64,000 nt of DNA from the NCBI GenBank assembly GCA_965112735.1, contig OZ218961.1:2914001-2978000 (forward strand). The letters run 5' to 3'. Both the position numbers and the translations under genes were made by a program. Positions 11,885 through 26,703 of the stretch are shown piece after piece. The notes under the pieces were generated by a model that saw nothing but the letters and a program-made list of their open reading frames with translations, searched no databases and was not told the origin of the DNA. The first letter of the stretch is position 1. Each line of letters opens with the position of its first letter. This stretch comes from Phaeosaccion multiseriatum. Taxonomy: Eukaryota; Protista; Ochrophyta, other classes.

Positions 11885-13306
11885 TCAAAAGCCGCCCACC
11901 ATGGACGTGTCTGCCTTCTTTCGTCGATCCCGCGTAATCTTCCTCATGCCCACGCTCTCGTCCATCCACTTGAGCAGGGCGGCAATCTTCTTCTCATCGG
12001 AGTGGTACACCTTGTACAGGGGACCAAGAGAGAGGGGTGTGTGTGTGTAAAAAAAATGCTCAAGTTAGAAGGGAGGCTGGGAGAAAAAGTCCTCGCAATA
12101 TGCGCTTGGCATACGTAAAACAGCGGGATAGACGAACACATCAAGAAAAGGGCAGGGATGGCTGTGTTGAGATAAACCGATGTCGACACTCGATATCGCT
12201 GGAATATGTCCGCATCCTCCACAGCCCCGCTCGCATATACTCTATCCGTCTCACGCACTCACAGATACATACACACCTGCTTCTGCTTGGAGAACCACTC
12301 GCACCCTCGCGCAACCAACGCCAGCCACAAGAGCCACGCATCCACCGTCAAGCCTCCGCCCTGGTCGCTTCTCCCGCTGCCGCCACCGGCCCCTCCCACT
12401 ACATAGAAGCCCCCCCTGCAGGCGCCGCTACCACCGCTGCTTGACATGCCGCTTGACATGCCGCTTGCCTCCTCCCGTGCGAGCACCTCGTGTTGGTTCA
12501 GCTCCCCTGCTGCGTCCCCATACACGAGCTGCTTGTAGCAATCCACGGCATCTTCCCGCAGTACCAGGCCGGGAGAGAGGGTAAAGTCCACGCAGAAAGA
12601 GAGCAGCTGCGCGAGAGGAAGGACCCAGCGTTCTTGAGGCGGCGGCAAGGATTCGACGCAGCCGCCATCGCTACCGTCCATTGCCATCCCGCCCCAGCAC
12701 GATTCCTCAACTGCGTAGTGGAAGAAGATGGCCTCCAGTCTGTAGGATGGCACCGCCGCAAACATAAAACAAAAGAGAAAGTGAGTCTTAGAGGACAAAA
12801 GAGAAATCGTGGCCGCACAGGAAGAAGCGCTCACTCACTCACTCACTCACTCACCTACCCACCCACAAAAACACTCACTCACCTCTCCCTGTTCTTGTAG
12901 AGCACTCTCTCAGCTCCCCTCGGTGTGCGCCGCCCAAACACCGCCCCCGTCGCACTGCCTGTTGCTACCCTCATCGGTGTTGTTGCCTGCGCCGCAGCAA
13001 AGTAACCACCGCCAGAAGATGAGGAGTCCCACTCGGCACCAGGCGTAGAATAGGAGGGAGACCAAGCCCCGTCCCCTCCCTCTCCTCCTTGCTGCGAGAG
13101 AGTGCCCCTACTACTACAACGGCGAGGTGGCGGCGGCGGCGGTGGAGGGTAGCACGCCGCGGGGTCGAGCAGAGCCGCGAAGCGATGGAGACTCTCGGCG
13201 TTACGTCGCGGAAACCTCCTTGCCGCAATGTTCATGAGAATCGTGCAAAAGCCCGCAAAATCCACGTCGCACGCCCCCAAACCACCTGACCGCGCTGCTG
13301 TATCAC

Positions 13307-13340
<34 letters not shown>

Positions 13341-14481
13341 GCTCGTCCTATACGCGGGCAGGGTAGACGCCATCGTAATCGGCATTGTTCGACCTCGCAA
13401 CCCAGCCATCCAACGCTCCTCTGTGCTGCTGCTACTGTTGCTGCCCATGGTTGCACCAAAGGAAAAAGCGTCGCTTCTTCTCCTCCTTCGACTGCCACTG
13501 CCAAAGTCGTCGCTACTGTGGCTTCGGCCTAGGCTCCTGCTCCTTAACCCCCCCCCCCCCTGATCACTCTCTGAGCCTCGTCCTCTTCTACTGCCTGTGC
13601 CGTACAGGGACGCATGCTCGTACTCGTGCTCGTAACCTTGCCCTTCCTGCTCCCGCTCCTCCTGCTGCTCCTGCTGCTGCTGCTGTATCACCAACTGCTC
13701 GTGGTGCTGTATCACCAACTGCTCATGGTGCTGCTCCCGCTGGTACTGCTTGAGTGCCATGTCCACATCCGCGAGCGTTACTTTACGGGTGTCGTACAGC
13801 ACATTGCTCCGCGTAATGAGGCGCCGTATCCGAGCCACGGGAACGTTCCCGGACCAGTCTTGCTCATGCAAGATGGAAACAAAGGAGTGCGGCAACACCC
13901 TGACAATGGCCTCCACGGCTGCTGCGCAGGCGGCTGCATGCTGCTTCAGCGCCGCTGCTGCTGCTCCCTCCACTGCCACTGCAGCTGCAATCTGCCCCTC
14001 CTTCCTCTGCGCCTTTCTTAGAAAGCTCGGCGACTTGTACCCCCCTCCTCCTCCTCCTCCTCCTCCTCCTCCTGCTCCAGTAATGATCCTTAAGTCGTAC
14101 TGATCCTGGAGCTGCTGCTGCTGCTGCTGCTGCTGCTGTATCACCAACTGTTGCTGCTGCTGCTGCCCGAGGGACACATACGACTCAGCCATGTACTCCA
14201 CGGCGGCTCTGCGTGCGATGGCTGGGAAGCTCGAAGTGTCCACACCTGCAGGGACAATACCCAGACCCCGCGAAGTTCGAAGGTGATGCTCCTGGCCTCG
14301 TCTCCTCCCGTCTGATGATGATGATGATGGTGATGATGCCGACCGATGCCCCTGTCCTCTTATCCGCGAAGCCGAGAAGGAGCGGCGCCTTTGCGGCGGG
14401 GCGCTGACGTTCGGCTGCCATTGTTGTTGCTGGTGCTGGTGCTGCTGCTGTAATGTCACCTGCTGGTGCTGGTGGTGGCGC

Positions 14482-14569
<88 letters not shown>

Positions 14570-14699
14570 GCTGTTGTTGTTGTTGTTGTTGTTGGTGGTG
14601 GTGCTGTTGCTGCTGCTGTTGCCGCAGCTCCACTTCCATCCGTTCGCGCTCCACCCGCTTGTACGTCGCATCTCCAAGCCCAGCTTGCGGCTGTTGTTG

Positions 14700-14754
<55 letters not shown>

Positions 14755-17700
14755 AGTTGTTGGAGGGCCACCGCCACGCCCTGCAAGTACGCCAGGAGAG
14801 GAGAGAAAAGAGAGAAGATAAACAGATAGAATAGAGGAGAGAAGATAGAGGAGGGTAGGAACAAGGCGGAGGGTAAGGGTGAGACGCGGGGTCGCAGGGG
14901 TGCGAAAGAAGAGGCCCATGCCTCCTCCTCCTCTTCCTCTTCCTCTCTATCTCTCTCTCACACACACGCACACACTCCTTCCCTTCCTTGCCTACCTTAC
15001 CTTGTACTCCCTCTCCAGCCCCTCTCGCCGGGCCGCCTCCCTCCTCGCCTCCTCCATGGAGGTGCACAGCAGACGAAGCAGCTCCTCTCTAGAGGCCGAC
15101 TCCAAGCTCCCGAACTCTCCTCCCTCCCCCCCCCTCCATCCTCATCACCAGCACCATCATCTCGCCTGCTGTTGTGCCGCACACCTCCACCACCCGCTGT
15201 CCCCTCACCCTCAGCCCTCTTCCTCATCCTCCTCCTCTGCAGCTTGGCCGAGAGCCCGTCTCGCTCTCTCTCGGCCCTCTCCATCCTCGCCTTGACCGTT
15301 GCGAGCTCAACGGCATGCACCTTCATCGCCTCCGACATGGCTCTGTTGAGCACAGTGAACTCCTCCATCTGCTTGGGGTCCCACCACCACCCAATTTTGG
15401 TTCGTCGGGAGGAGAACGGTAGAAAAGCAAGCGTGTGAGTGTGTGTGCGTGTGGTGGTGGTTGGATGAATTGGGGATTGTGTGTGCAATGCGTACATGTG
15501 TGTGCGTGAGGGCGTGAGAGAGTGAAAGAGTGATTGGGGGCATAAAAAAGGCCGAGCAGGATGGCGATGGTTGAGCCAAAAGGGGGTGTGATGAGTGGGG
15601 GGTGGGGTCACAAAGAGGAAGGAGAAGGAAGACGTATGAAGTGGCGGCAAGTGGCATCAGCAGAGAGTGATGCGGACAGGATACTGTAAGCAGTGTGTGA
15701 GGCACGAGAGAGAGAGAGAAATGGCCTGGAGCGGTCATCCGATCGAGGCTCCTGCTTCTCTCTGGGGGCCCTCTTCTCCTCCCCTCCTCCCCTCCCCCTC
15801 CCCCCAAGCTGCCCAACCAAGTGCCTGATGGTAGCACATACCTTATCGAGCGCCATGCGCGCCTCCGTCTGAGCGTGTTGAGCCCTCTCGGACATTCTGG
15901 CCAGCTCGGTCGGCATAGCGCCAGGCACAGCTCCGGATGACTGGAGAGCTTCCTCCCCACCGCCCCCTCCCACTGCTGTCTCTCCTTCTCTCGCCGCTGC
16001 TTCGCGTCCCTCCCCCGCCCCCCCCCGCCCCTCCTGCTGGTCCTCCTCCTGCTTCTGCTGCTGCTGCTGCTGCTCTCGAGCCTTGAGCCCTTCTTCCAAG
16101 TCCTTGACCCTGAGTTCGAGCCGCTCGCTCAGCTTGCGCTCGTCACTGCACTGCCTCCGAACAAGGCCGGTCTCCTCCAGACTGCCATGCAGCTTGCATA
16201 TAGCCTCTTCCTTCTCTCTCTCCAGCAGCGCCACCTCGGCCTTCAGTTGGCCGACGTCCACTTCCCTCTGCCGTAGCTCCTCCCTAAGCCTTGGAATCGC
16301 ATCACGATGGCCGGCATCTTGCTGCTGCTGCTGCTGCTGCTGCGGCTTCAGCTGCTGCGGCTTCAGTTGCTCCGCATGGTAAAGATCGAAGCCCCTTCCT
16401 CCGTCGAGTGGTGTCGCAGAGCCGTTTGCGTGCCTCCCATTGACCTCCTCACAACTCCGCCCCTCCCTCTCCTCCTCCTCCTCCTCCTCCTCCTCCTCCT
16501 CCTCCTCTCCACCCCCCTTCCCTCCCTCCCCCTCGTCTATTACACCTCTGCCCTTCGTTTCACCGTTCTTCCCTGTGTCGAGGTGCCTCGGTTGGCTCTG
16601 GCCCGGCACAATCGCGAAGACGGGCGCAGGCGCGGGCGCAGGCGCCGTAGCAGTTGGTGATACAGCAGCGGAGGTTCTTGCCCTTTCCCGGAGCTTGAAG
16701 CTTACGTCGTGCAGGCCCTGAGTGGCCCTCGCCAGGTCCTCTGCAAACACCTCATCCGTCGTCGCCAAGAGTGAACATGTCTCTTCAAGCAAACCTGACG
16801 GATGCGTGACAATGACATCAAACATCATCAATCGGTATGTGTGATGCAAGAGGTACAGCAGCAGCAGCAGTTGGTGATACAGCAGCGGAGATTTGATTGT
16901 GGTAAGCAAGCCACAAAAGACACACACGAATGACTAGTCGCATCAGAGAAGAACAGAGTACTGTTGTGAGAGGTGAGGTGGGTAAGGTGGAAGGCGGGAG
17001 GGAGGGATGCACGGAGGGGGTTAGGGATGGAGGGAGGGGGCAAAGCAAGATGAGAACAATGAAAGGCGTTATCAGTCAGAGCCATAGAGTGCCATCCGCT
17101 ATGGAGAATACACGACTCACTCACTCACTCACTCACTCACCCAGGAGCTCTCCGATGGCGGCCTCCCCCATACGAAAGGACCCACCCTCCTTCTCTCGCT
17201 CCTCTTCACGGACCCCATCGTCATCCCCTCTCCCCTCCCCATCATCGCCCCCCTCTGCACTGCCATCAGCACCACGCTCGCCTCTCAGCCTCGCAGACTC
17301 CTCCATCTGCAGCTCCCTCAGCACCACAACATCTTGCAGAGAGTTCCCACCGCCACTCTTCCTTCTCGTGTTGGTGGTACGGCCGTTGTTGTTGTCGCTG
17401 TCGTCGTCGTTATTGTCGCCAGCCGCGGGAGGAGGTGGTCCCACAAGCGCAGCAAGCAGACACACCACATCCCGCACTGCATCTCCTTCCTCACGTACCA
17501 CACGCAGGCAGCTGGAGAGGACGCCCAAGCCCCCATTGGCGCCGATGATGAGGAGTTGGGGGCGGTTAGTCGCCAAGATGGAGAGAACTCCGGCGCCCGT
17601 CACCTGTGACGTTGATGAGGTGTGATGCCGTTCAAGCGCGTATATACAGAGCACGATAGGTAGTTGAGATAAGGGTACATAAGGTTATAGAAGGGTACCA

Positions 17701-19535
17701 AACGAAACAAGTGCCAGCAGCAACTACTGTCACACATCACATCAGCTCCTACTGCTGATTAGCCGCACCTCTTAGCTCTCTCTCTCTAAGGAAGCCTGAA
17801 CCTTCTCTTCTGGTGTCTTGCTACCACCCAGAGCTCCCCCCACCTCCATCCTCTCTCTTCTCACCGTGCCCTGGCGACTGACCGTTTCAGTTAAAGTTTC
17901 TCCTTCGATCATATTGATACCCTCCCACTCTGGCCCTCTCGGCTGCTCACCTGTACCTCCACCACCCATTTGTGAGCCTTCATGGCCGCGAGTACAACAT
18001 CGATAACGTCAGCGCTGTTGACCTCTTCGGTGTCCTCCCATTCGGATGGCATTTCGGGCGAAAGGAAGTACAGCACACCTGCGCTCGAGCAAGCACCGCG
18101 ATAAATAGGCGAATGGACAAGTGGACGGAAGGAACAGCAGCTGAGCATGAGGGCATGGTGAGTAGGACACACGTATAGCAGTAATGCTAGCAGCAGCAGC
18201 AGGAGCAGCAGTTCGTGACATGGCAGCAGTTGTCCCTCCCTTCCTCCCTCGTCCGTCCTTCTCTCTGCATCGTACCGCATCCGTTGGAAACGATCTCCAC
18301 ATTGCCCCTGTAGAGCTGCATGGCATTGAGCGTTACTGAAACGGCACCCGCTTGCAACAAGGCCAAGCGCTCCCTCTCCCCAAATGACATGACATGCAGG
18401 ATCTTCAGGCCCTCCTCCACCGCCTGCTCGCGGCTCGCGTGGCTCCTCAGAGCGCGCACCACCAGCTCCATGGACCCGTCTATAGCAGCCATGTCTCGTC
18501 GGTTCTGGGGGCTGATGACGAGGACAGCCAACACACTCATGAACCATTTCGCCTTCATGTGGTTGCTCTCTGCGGTTGGGTCTGCCTCGTCTGCCTCCTC
18601 GGTCACAGTAAGCTCCGCGCTCAAGTTTTTAAGGAGGGTTGGAATAGTGCCAGCGTCTCGCAACACTGCCTTGCTCCCGTCACAAAGAGCTAATGTATGT
18701 AGTAGCTTGACCGCGCCTAAGCTCACTTCGCCGCTCTGATCACCAGCAGGACCGATGGCAGTTGATGCCGAGGTCATATTGAGGATTGCTAGGCAGATTT
18801 GCGCGAGCTTAGGCAGGACGGAAGCAATGTCTTGCGCCCCGTTGCCCTTCGCGCTGCTGTCGCCGATATGGGTGAGGGTCTCCAGGAAGTGTCCGATCAT
18901 CCGCAGGCAGTTCTGGGCATGAAGGAAGAGGACACAACACGCTAAGCACAGCGCCACTTTCCCTCGCATTCATCTGCACGTGTATCCATCTATAGATGCG
19001 AATATATGGGAATATGCCACTCACCATGTAGAAGGTCTGCCGGCCCCTCTCCTGCTGCTGGTGCTGCTGGTGGTGGGAGTGGTGCCGACTGTCCATGGAA
19101 GCCCTCCTGACGCTGTGCATGTGCGCAATGATGTCTTGCTCCCATTTCGTCACGGCATCCGTCAGGCTCTGCGTGCGTGACATAGCAAGGAAGTATCAGG
19201 GACCGAAGCACGCGCATGGGGCCATTGAGTCCCCATGTACTCACAGAAAAGAGGCAAAACGAACAAAACGTTTGGCGACTCACCAAAGGAAAAGTCTCCA
19301 AGTCCTCGTCCGACTCGTCCACCCCCACATCTTCTACGTGGAGATGGGGTGGTGGTGGTGTTAGCGTTCGCGTTCGTTGTTGTGGTGCCGACCCTTGCGG
19401 TGCAGTGGCGTCTCCCTTTTTGGATGCCACTGGTCCTTCTTCTTCATCCCAGTCCCAGCCCCCCCCCTCCTCTCCTCCGCTCTCACTCCCACTCGGAAGC
19501 ATCTCGTTTCCGAGGTCGCTCATCACTACCTCCAT
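11885..19535 (-). CDS. Large multi-exon armadillo-repeat / coiled-coil / polyQ protein
   Basis: ARM-like exons at 18270-18930 (AIDGSMELVVRALRSH...EEGLKILHVMS, LLQAGAVSVTLNAMQLY) and ~17950-18085. Coiled-coil exons at 15000-16800, polyQ exon at 12883-14781, last exon ends ...SMVGGF* at 11885. Boundaries are approximate. Confidence 0.7.
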
Positions 19536-19761
19536 TCTTTCATCACATGCAGCGTGAAGCTGCTGCTTTTTTTTCTTTTTTTCTTGTATCGTCGCCGACT
19601 TGACGACTTTTTCCCTGCTTACTCACTCGAGCTGGATTGTTAAAAGCTCTGGGGGATGAAACCGAAAAATGAAATAAAATCCTATGCAGGAAAGCCAGCA
19701 GTGACAGTCCGTAGGTGCTATGAGCTATCCTTTGCATGAGCAGTGACAGTCCGTAGGTGCT

Positions 19762-21344
19762 ATGAGCGACAGGGAGGACGGAGGAGGAGGATCATGCTGT
19801 GCACTGGCACCTGACCCAACAGCGGGCCTTCTGCAAGGCGCTTTCGGGCTCAGCCGAAGAAGTAAGCAAGGGTCTGGGAAAAGAGGATCGCCCGGGCATG
19901 AGGCATGGCAGCGTCCTGCCTTACATAGGCCGTCGAGCCGCGCCGGTGAAGGTGCTGGATCTCTACGCCGGAAGATGCTTGGGAGGAGCACGGCCAACGG
20001 CGATGGAAAAGACGAAGGAAGAGGGGGCCCGCGTATCCAGCATGGACGCTGCGTCCCAGCTCCGGCTCCACAGCCGCTTATTGGGCGCGCGAGTATGCCG
20101 AGAAAGAGGCAAGGGCCAGCTCACGTCCAAAAGCGGCCTCGCTGCTTTGTTCTGGAGGACTCGGTCGACGGCTGCTACGAGCCGCTTCGAAGGGGCCTAC
20201 TAAAGAGGGGGTGGGTGGAGATCCGCTGCCCTACTGCGGCCAACAATAGAAAGGGAGGAGGAGGAACAGGGCCCATGGTGATGGACTTCTCCTCTGCCGC
20301 AGGGGTGTCGTCCGCAGATATTCCAACCGCAGCCGCGCAGGCAGCGGTGTACTGGAGCCGCGCAGGCACAGGCAAGGGGCTCGGAGTCGCCATCGGAGGG
20401 GCTAAGGGGAGAGGTCGCAGGGAGGTAGTGTACCCCGATCTAATATGGACCATCAATGAGAGTGGTATCGACTACTCGGCTCTCCATCCGGGGCAGTTGG
20501 TGAACCACTTTGACAGGGTCGCCGCCCTCACAACCAAAGCAGGTCTCTGTGAGACGATGCGTCAACTACACTGGAGCGACGCGACCCTCCCTGCCCAAAG
20601 CTTCTTCCCTCGCTCCTTCAATCTCGCCGATCCTACTCAGCTCGTGGAGTTTCAGACGGACTTTCACCGGACGGCAGCCGTTTCGATTCTCAAGGTGAGA
20701 CGGAGGAGAGGAGTGTAGTTGGTGGGGAATGCTACTATGGCTTTTCCTTGGAGACGAGTACTCGCAACCCACCCACAACCTCAGTCAAGGTGCCACGGTG
20801 CTGGGTAGTTCAGACTTTCGGCAAGCGACGCTCACACCCTCCCCTCCCTTCCCCTCCCTTCCCCTCCCCATCCCGTCCGTCCGTCCGTCCGTCCGTCCGT
20901 CCTTCCTTTCTCACCATGCCACAAAAGATGCATTGTGAGAGACTGGATTCCGTGCCCTCCTGCTGCTGCCCCTCCACAGGAGCTGCAGTGCATTCTTCCA
21001 TCCTCCACCTCGCGTTGAGAGCGTGTGAGGTGTGGCTCAGGGGCTTACAAGGGCATCATGAGGACATTGATCAAACGGAGGAGGAGGGCGACAGGAGGAG
21101 CTGCAGAAATGACAAAGGATACGGCACGACGGAGGGGGGAGGTGGCGGCGGCGGCGGTGGTGGTGATGGCTACCAGGGCTCCGGGTCGGGAGATGACGCA
21201 ACACTGTGCTATTACTCTCGCCTTTCTGAGAGGGAATGGGCCTCGCTCCTTGAGGCTTTCTACTGCATGCGCGAGGCTGCTGATTCAGAGCTGATTCAGC
21301 CGTCGAGCAGCACCACAGGTAGTAGCAACCGCAGCAGTAACCGT

Positions 21345-21381
<37 letters not shown>

Positions 21382-21460
21382 ACAGTAGCAGCAGTAGTAG
21401 AAGTAGTAACAGTAGTAGCAGTAGCAGTAGCAGCAGCAGAAGTACCACCACCACCACCAT

Positions 21461-21507
<47 letters not shown>

Positions 21508-24500
21508 GTGGTTCCAGCAGTCAGAGGCAGCCCACACAGCAGCAGCAGAAACGCAAACAGCAGACTGCTCAGAGGCAGGAGCTGCACTCACTCCAACACC
21601 GGCGCTGCCGTTGCCACGGGAATGAGGGGTGGGGCTCGTTGCTGTGTTGGGGACAGAGGGACCAGATCAAGCTCACCCACTCGCTGGTAAGGTGGAAGGT
21701 GGAGGGGAAGGAGGACAAAAGCGAGGAGGAACTGTCGAGAGACGTGGGTTTGGTTCGACTTACGACGTACTTACGACTTACACCTCCCCTCCCATGTCAA
21801 GTAGAGGGTACACAGGAAACGCTCACTCGCATTCTTCGTCCTCCCTTCTCCCTTTTGACCCTTAAGGACACTTCTGTAACGGTGCTGTACCGCACATAAC
21901 CCGTATGACTGTGTATTTTCTGCAGGCGCGTGTGTGGGAACAAGAGAACCCCCTCGCAGCGAAGCAGCTCTGTCGCATGCAGGAGTGTGTCTCGCAGGGG
22001 CCTCTGCTTAGGAAAGTGAGGGAGGTGTGTGCGGCCCTGAGTGACGTGCTGCCCCAGTGGTCCATGGACGGGAAAGCCAACCTATGGATGGTCAAGGTGG
22101 GTGGGTGGGTGCGTGGGTGGGTGGGTGCGTGCGTGCGTGGGTGTGCGCGAAACGCTCAGGAGGGCGCCAACTCATGTCACACCCTCATGTTCTAACAACT
22201 GTCGTGTGTGGTGTGTGTGTTCGTGTGTGCATGTGTGTGTGTGCGTGTGTGTGTGCGTGTGTGTGCGTATGTGTGTGCAGCCCCCTGAGGCCGCTCGGGG
22301 AACCGGAGTCCGACTGTGCAACACCCTCGAGCAAGTCATATCTTTGGGACGTCAGATGGGCGGCAGGATCGTCCAAAAGTACATAGAGACGCCTTTGCTC
22401 GTCCGGTCTGGAGACGATGGCAACAAAAGGATAAGGAGGGGGAGGGTACGAGGGGACAGAGCCCTGCCGTCAGGTTCAGAGCAGCAGCAGCGGTGGGAAG
22501 AACAACAACAAGAAGAAGAAGAAGAAGAAGAAGAAGAAGAAGAAGAAGAAGAGGAGGAGGAGGAGGAGGAGGAGGAGGAGGAGGAGGAGGAGGAGGAGGG
22601 GGAAGGGAACGGAGGAGAGGAGGGGGAGACGCACAAGGAGAATCACAAGCGGCAGGGAAAGGCTGCTGCTCCTTCTGCTGCTGTATCACCAACTGATGCT
22701 GGTGGAGTCGGAGTGAAGCTCGATGTGCGGCAGTGGGTGTTGGTAACGAGTTGGGACCCCCTGACTGCTTACTTCTACGAGCCCTGCTACATGCGGCTGT
22801 GCTCTCGACCCTTCACGCTGGCCAGAGCAGGCCTGAAGGACAGCCTCATTCACTTGAGCAACCTCTCTATTCAGAGGACATGGAAGGGGAAGGAAAAGCC
22901 CTTTTCATCAGTGACGCTGGCGGACAAGCGAGAGAGGAAGAAGGCAAGAGGAGAAGTGGGCGGTGGAGAGTGGGAGAGGGATGGCGGTGAGAGGCACGAA
23001 GGGGCCCCCGGGGGAGGGGGCACCACCAGCAGAGAAGCAGAAGCAGAAGCCGAGGCACGGCTCTTGATGTCTCAGGATGAGTTCGTGTATGGTGTGGGTG
23101 AGTCTACCTCAGAGGAGGGAGGGGGAGGAGAAGGAGGAGGAGGGGGAGAAGGAGGTGAAGAGTGCGAGCAGCGGTGTCGCGGGCAGGGCGGGAGAAGGAA
23201 GGGCATTGGAGAGCAGGGATGGGATCGAGTGCTACGCCCACGCCTTATGCAAGTGATTCAATCCACACTGCAGGCAGCAAGGCCCTTTGTCTCGACATAT
23301 CCGAGTAGCTTTGAGCTGCTGGGCTTTGACTTGATCGTGGATAAGGGGCTGTGGCCGTGGTTGTTAGAAGTCAACTTGTCTCCCTCGCTGAGCCATCGGC
23401 TGGGGCAGGAGAAGCACTCTCTGCTGATTGAGCGTATGTTGGAAGGGGTACTGGAGCTTACAGTGGATAGGCACCAGGATAAGGAGGAGGAGGGGGAGGA
23501 GGAGGAGGAGGAGGAGGAGGAGGAGGGGCGCCATGATCTGGAAGCAGCAGCATTTGGCAAAGACAGAGGTCCAGAAGAGGACGTGACGCAGGAGGATGGG
23601 GGGGAGGAGGAGGAGAGGAAACTTAAAGGGGTCACGCTCTCCAGCAATCAGGACGGCGAGGAGGAAGATTCCGAGGAAGATTCCGAGGAAGATTCCGAGG
23701 AAGGGGAAGCACTCACACTGGAGCTCGGTCCCTCGGTCCGTCGCTCGGGGGAGAGTGCGGAGCAACGGCGGCCCAAACAATTAGTGTACGACAAGAATGA
23801 GAGCAACAACAGCAACAGTAAGAGGGTGGGGGGTAACAATCTGGGGGGTAGGTGGACGCTCCTGAGTGGGGGTGGGGCGGCTCTTCCTCGCCCCCTGACC
23901 GGACCACCAGCGAGGACCTTTGGGGAGAGTGCGCTTGCGGTGGAGGGGAAGCGACTGAGCAGAGCGGCACTCATCAAGGGTGACGTCAGGGTAAGATGCG
24001 AGCTCGCCCTCGGGCAGATGCAGCGCTGGTGGAGGCCCGTGGCGGCCTTGAGGAGGCAGCGCAGGCAGAGAAGAGACGCTGCGGCGAGGGCCGTGCAAAG
24101 GGAATGGAGGAAGAGGAGCAGAAGGAGAACGAGGGCGAGGAAGAGCATCTTGGGAGCGTGGCGCATCTCCAGGGCTTGGCGAGAAGCGAGGAGGGCGAGG
24201 AGGCAGGTGCGTGGGTGTGTGCGTGGGTGTGTGCGTGGGTGTGTGCGTGGGTGTGTGCGTGGGTGTGTTGTGAGTGCGTGAGGCCGTGTTTCGCGAGCTC
24301 GCGGTGCTCTGACACGCTCACGCTTGAGAATCGATTCGCATCTGTTCTCTTTTCTTCCTTTTTCTCTCTTCTTACACCAGTCCTGCCCTTTTTTCTTTTT
24401 GTCCTTTTTCTCCGTGTGTCAAACCAAACCCAAAACCAAATGAAACCGAAAACTAGCGAGGAGCCGATGCTCTGCACAGCCTGCTTCGTCGGCGTGTGCG

Positions 24501-26703
24501 CGTGCGTGCCACAACGCACCGCCTGCTGCACATGTGGGCCGCTCGACGTCGACAGTGGCGAAGAGTGCGAGCGGCTCTCGTCGTGCAATGCTGTTTCCGC
24601 TCCTTCATCCTCCTGAAGCGAATGACCGCAGCGAGGGTACTAACTCGGGTGTTGAGGCGGGTAGCGCGGAGGAGGCACACGGCCAGGCGACGTTTGCAGC
24701 GGTGGGGGAGGAGCGTGGCAGAGGAAAATCGAGCTCAGAGACGGCTCAGTGCCCGAGGCAGCTCGGTGAGGGTTTCCGCGTTGAGGTGTCTCTTCTTGCG
24801 GCTGCGGTGGGAGAGGCTGCACGACAAGATGCAACGAGGAGTGAGCCTTGGTGTCGTGAAGATGCAGGCGTATGGGCGAGGTATGCTCGCAAGGGTAAGG
24901 TCATGCGAAAGGCTCGATGCGATACGCGTGTTGGTGCGATGGGCCCGCCTGAGTTTGGTGCGACGGAGGCGGCGGCGGGCAGGGAGGGTGATTCAAGCCG
25001 CTTGGAGGGCTTGCCTGGAGGAAAGGAGGGCGAGGTGGAGGGAGAGGAGGAGACATAGCGTTGAGGTGACGAGGGATGCTACGTCGCGGCGTGTGCAGCG
25101 GTGGTGGAGGAGGGTGGTGAGAGGAGGAGTGGTAGTGAGTAGCACCAGCAGCACTAGCAACAGTAGCAAGACGACGACGACGAGGAAGAGGAGTAAGAGT
25201 AGGGCCGGAATGGGCAAGACGCTGCGTGGAACAACCAGCAACAACAGCAGCAACAACAGCAGCAACAGCATCTGCAGGGGCAGCAAACGGCACGACTGCA
25301 GTGAGGCAGCTGCGATGACTTGTGGGGGGATGCAAGCCAGTAGAGCCTCGTCAAAAGCGAAGGGAAGCCAACCCACAAGAGAGGGGCCAATGCGGCTCGG
25401 TGGTGGGGTGAGTCGAAAGAGGAGTTCATGTGGTCATGCAGGGGACTGCTCACCCTCGGAGCGCAGCGGCGATACCAACCTCTGCCCCCCTGGGGCGGCG
25501 ACCCTGAGCCTTCCTACTGGCACTGTGAGTAGCAACGGGAGTCACAGCGGTCGCAGCAGTCGAGACAGTCAGGGAGACAAGGGCAGTCAGACTGGCAGTC
25601 AGGTTCGTCAGAGCAATGAGGGCAACCGCCGTAAGCTCACTCCCTCCGCTCCCACGGTTGAGTACGTCTTTCTCCCCGGGGGGGCAGCCATGGCGGTTCG
25701 GTTAACGACGCGCGAGAGGGGGGGTCGCGCGGGGAAAGTCTTTTCTTCTCCTTGCTCTTCTCCTCCTTCTTCTTGTGGACCGACTCCGCCACCACGAGCG
25801 GACTCAAGTGGCCTGCCGTTGCGACAGTGTGCTTGTCTCGTTCGCTGTAGAGCGCCTCGGCGGGGTGCGGTGGACAGGCCTGAGACGCGCTCTACAGAGT
25901 CTCTGTCGCAGGAGGAGGAGCAGGAGGACTGGCTCAGCTCCCGACATCAATGCACGTGTGGAGAGGGTCCGGGACCTGGGCAGAGGCAAAAGCAGGGCGT
26001 TGGGAGGACAGCCGAGGGGCTGACAAAGTATCTGGTGAGCGGCGGTGGCAGCAACAGTGATTGCAGCAGAGCCAGGGCTGGCAGAAGTGGCAAACCGGCC
26101 CCACTTTCTGACCATGGAGAGGTTTTGGAGCAGCGGCATCATAAAGTGCGTCACCATCATCATCACCACCATGGAGACGGCCGCTTTAGGGGCAGAGAAG
26201 GCCAAGGGGGAAAGAGGGAGGAGGGGAGCGTAGAGGAAGAGGAGGAAGAGGAGGAGGAAGGGTTCCGGCTCGACTTGCAGAGCCTACGCGCCTCAGTCGC
26301 TGCAGACAGTTCGACCCCACGCCTTCGCCACAGGCAGCACCACCAGCAGTTGGTGATACAGCAGCAGCAGCAACTGAAACTGAAACAGGCCGCCGCCAAC
26401 GCCGGAGGAGGAGGAGGAGGAGGAAGAGGAACAAGGCGCGCTTCCTCTTCGCGGTGGTCGTGGGACTCCGAGTCGCTGTCCTCTGCTGCTCAGGGACAAC
26501 CCTACCCCTCCACGGCGGCTCGGAACCACACAAGACCAACGATGCACCCATGCTACAGCCCGACGGGTGCCGGTAGGAGGAAGAAAGAAGGCCCAGCAGA
26601 GGGGAGAAGGGTCGTCACCCACACCGATGGAGGCAGCGGTGGTGGTGGTGGTGGCGGTAGCGGGGGGCTACTGAGGTTCCTCGCGCTGGAGGAGCTGGGT
26701 TGA
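19762..26703 (+). CDS. TTLL3: Tubulin-tyrosine-ligase-like glycylase (TTLL3/8 type) with C-terminal IQ-like motifs
   Basis: Exons ~19762-20693, 20928-21686, 21926-22096, 22281-24206, 24457-26703. Motifs LVNHF..LTTKAGL, FFPRSF, QTDFHRTAAVSILK, NLWMVKP..ARGTG, IVQKYIETPLL, DVRQWVLVTSWDPL, FELLGFD, WLLEVNLSP. IQ-like motifs IQAAWR, VQRWWR, MQAYGRG. Confidence 0.85.
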
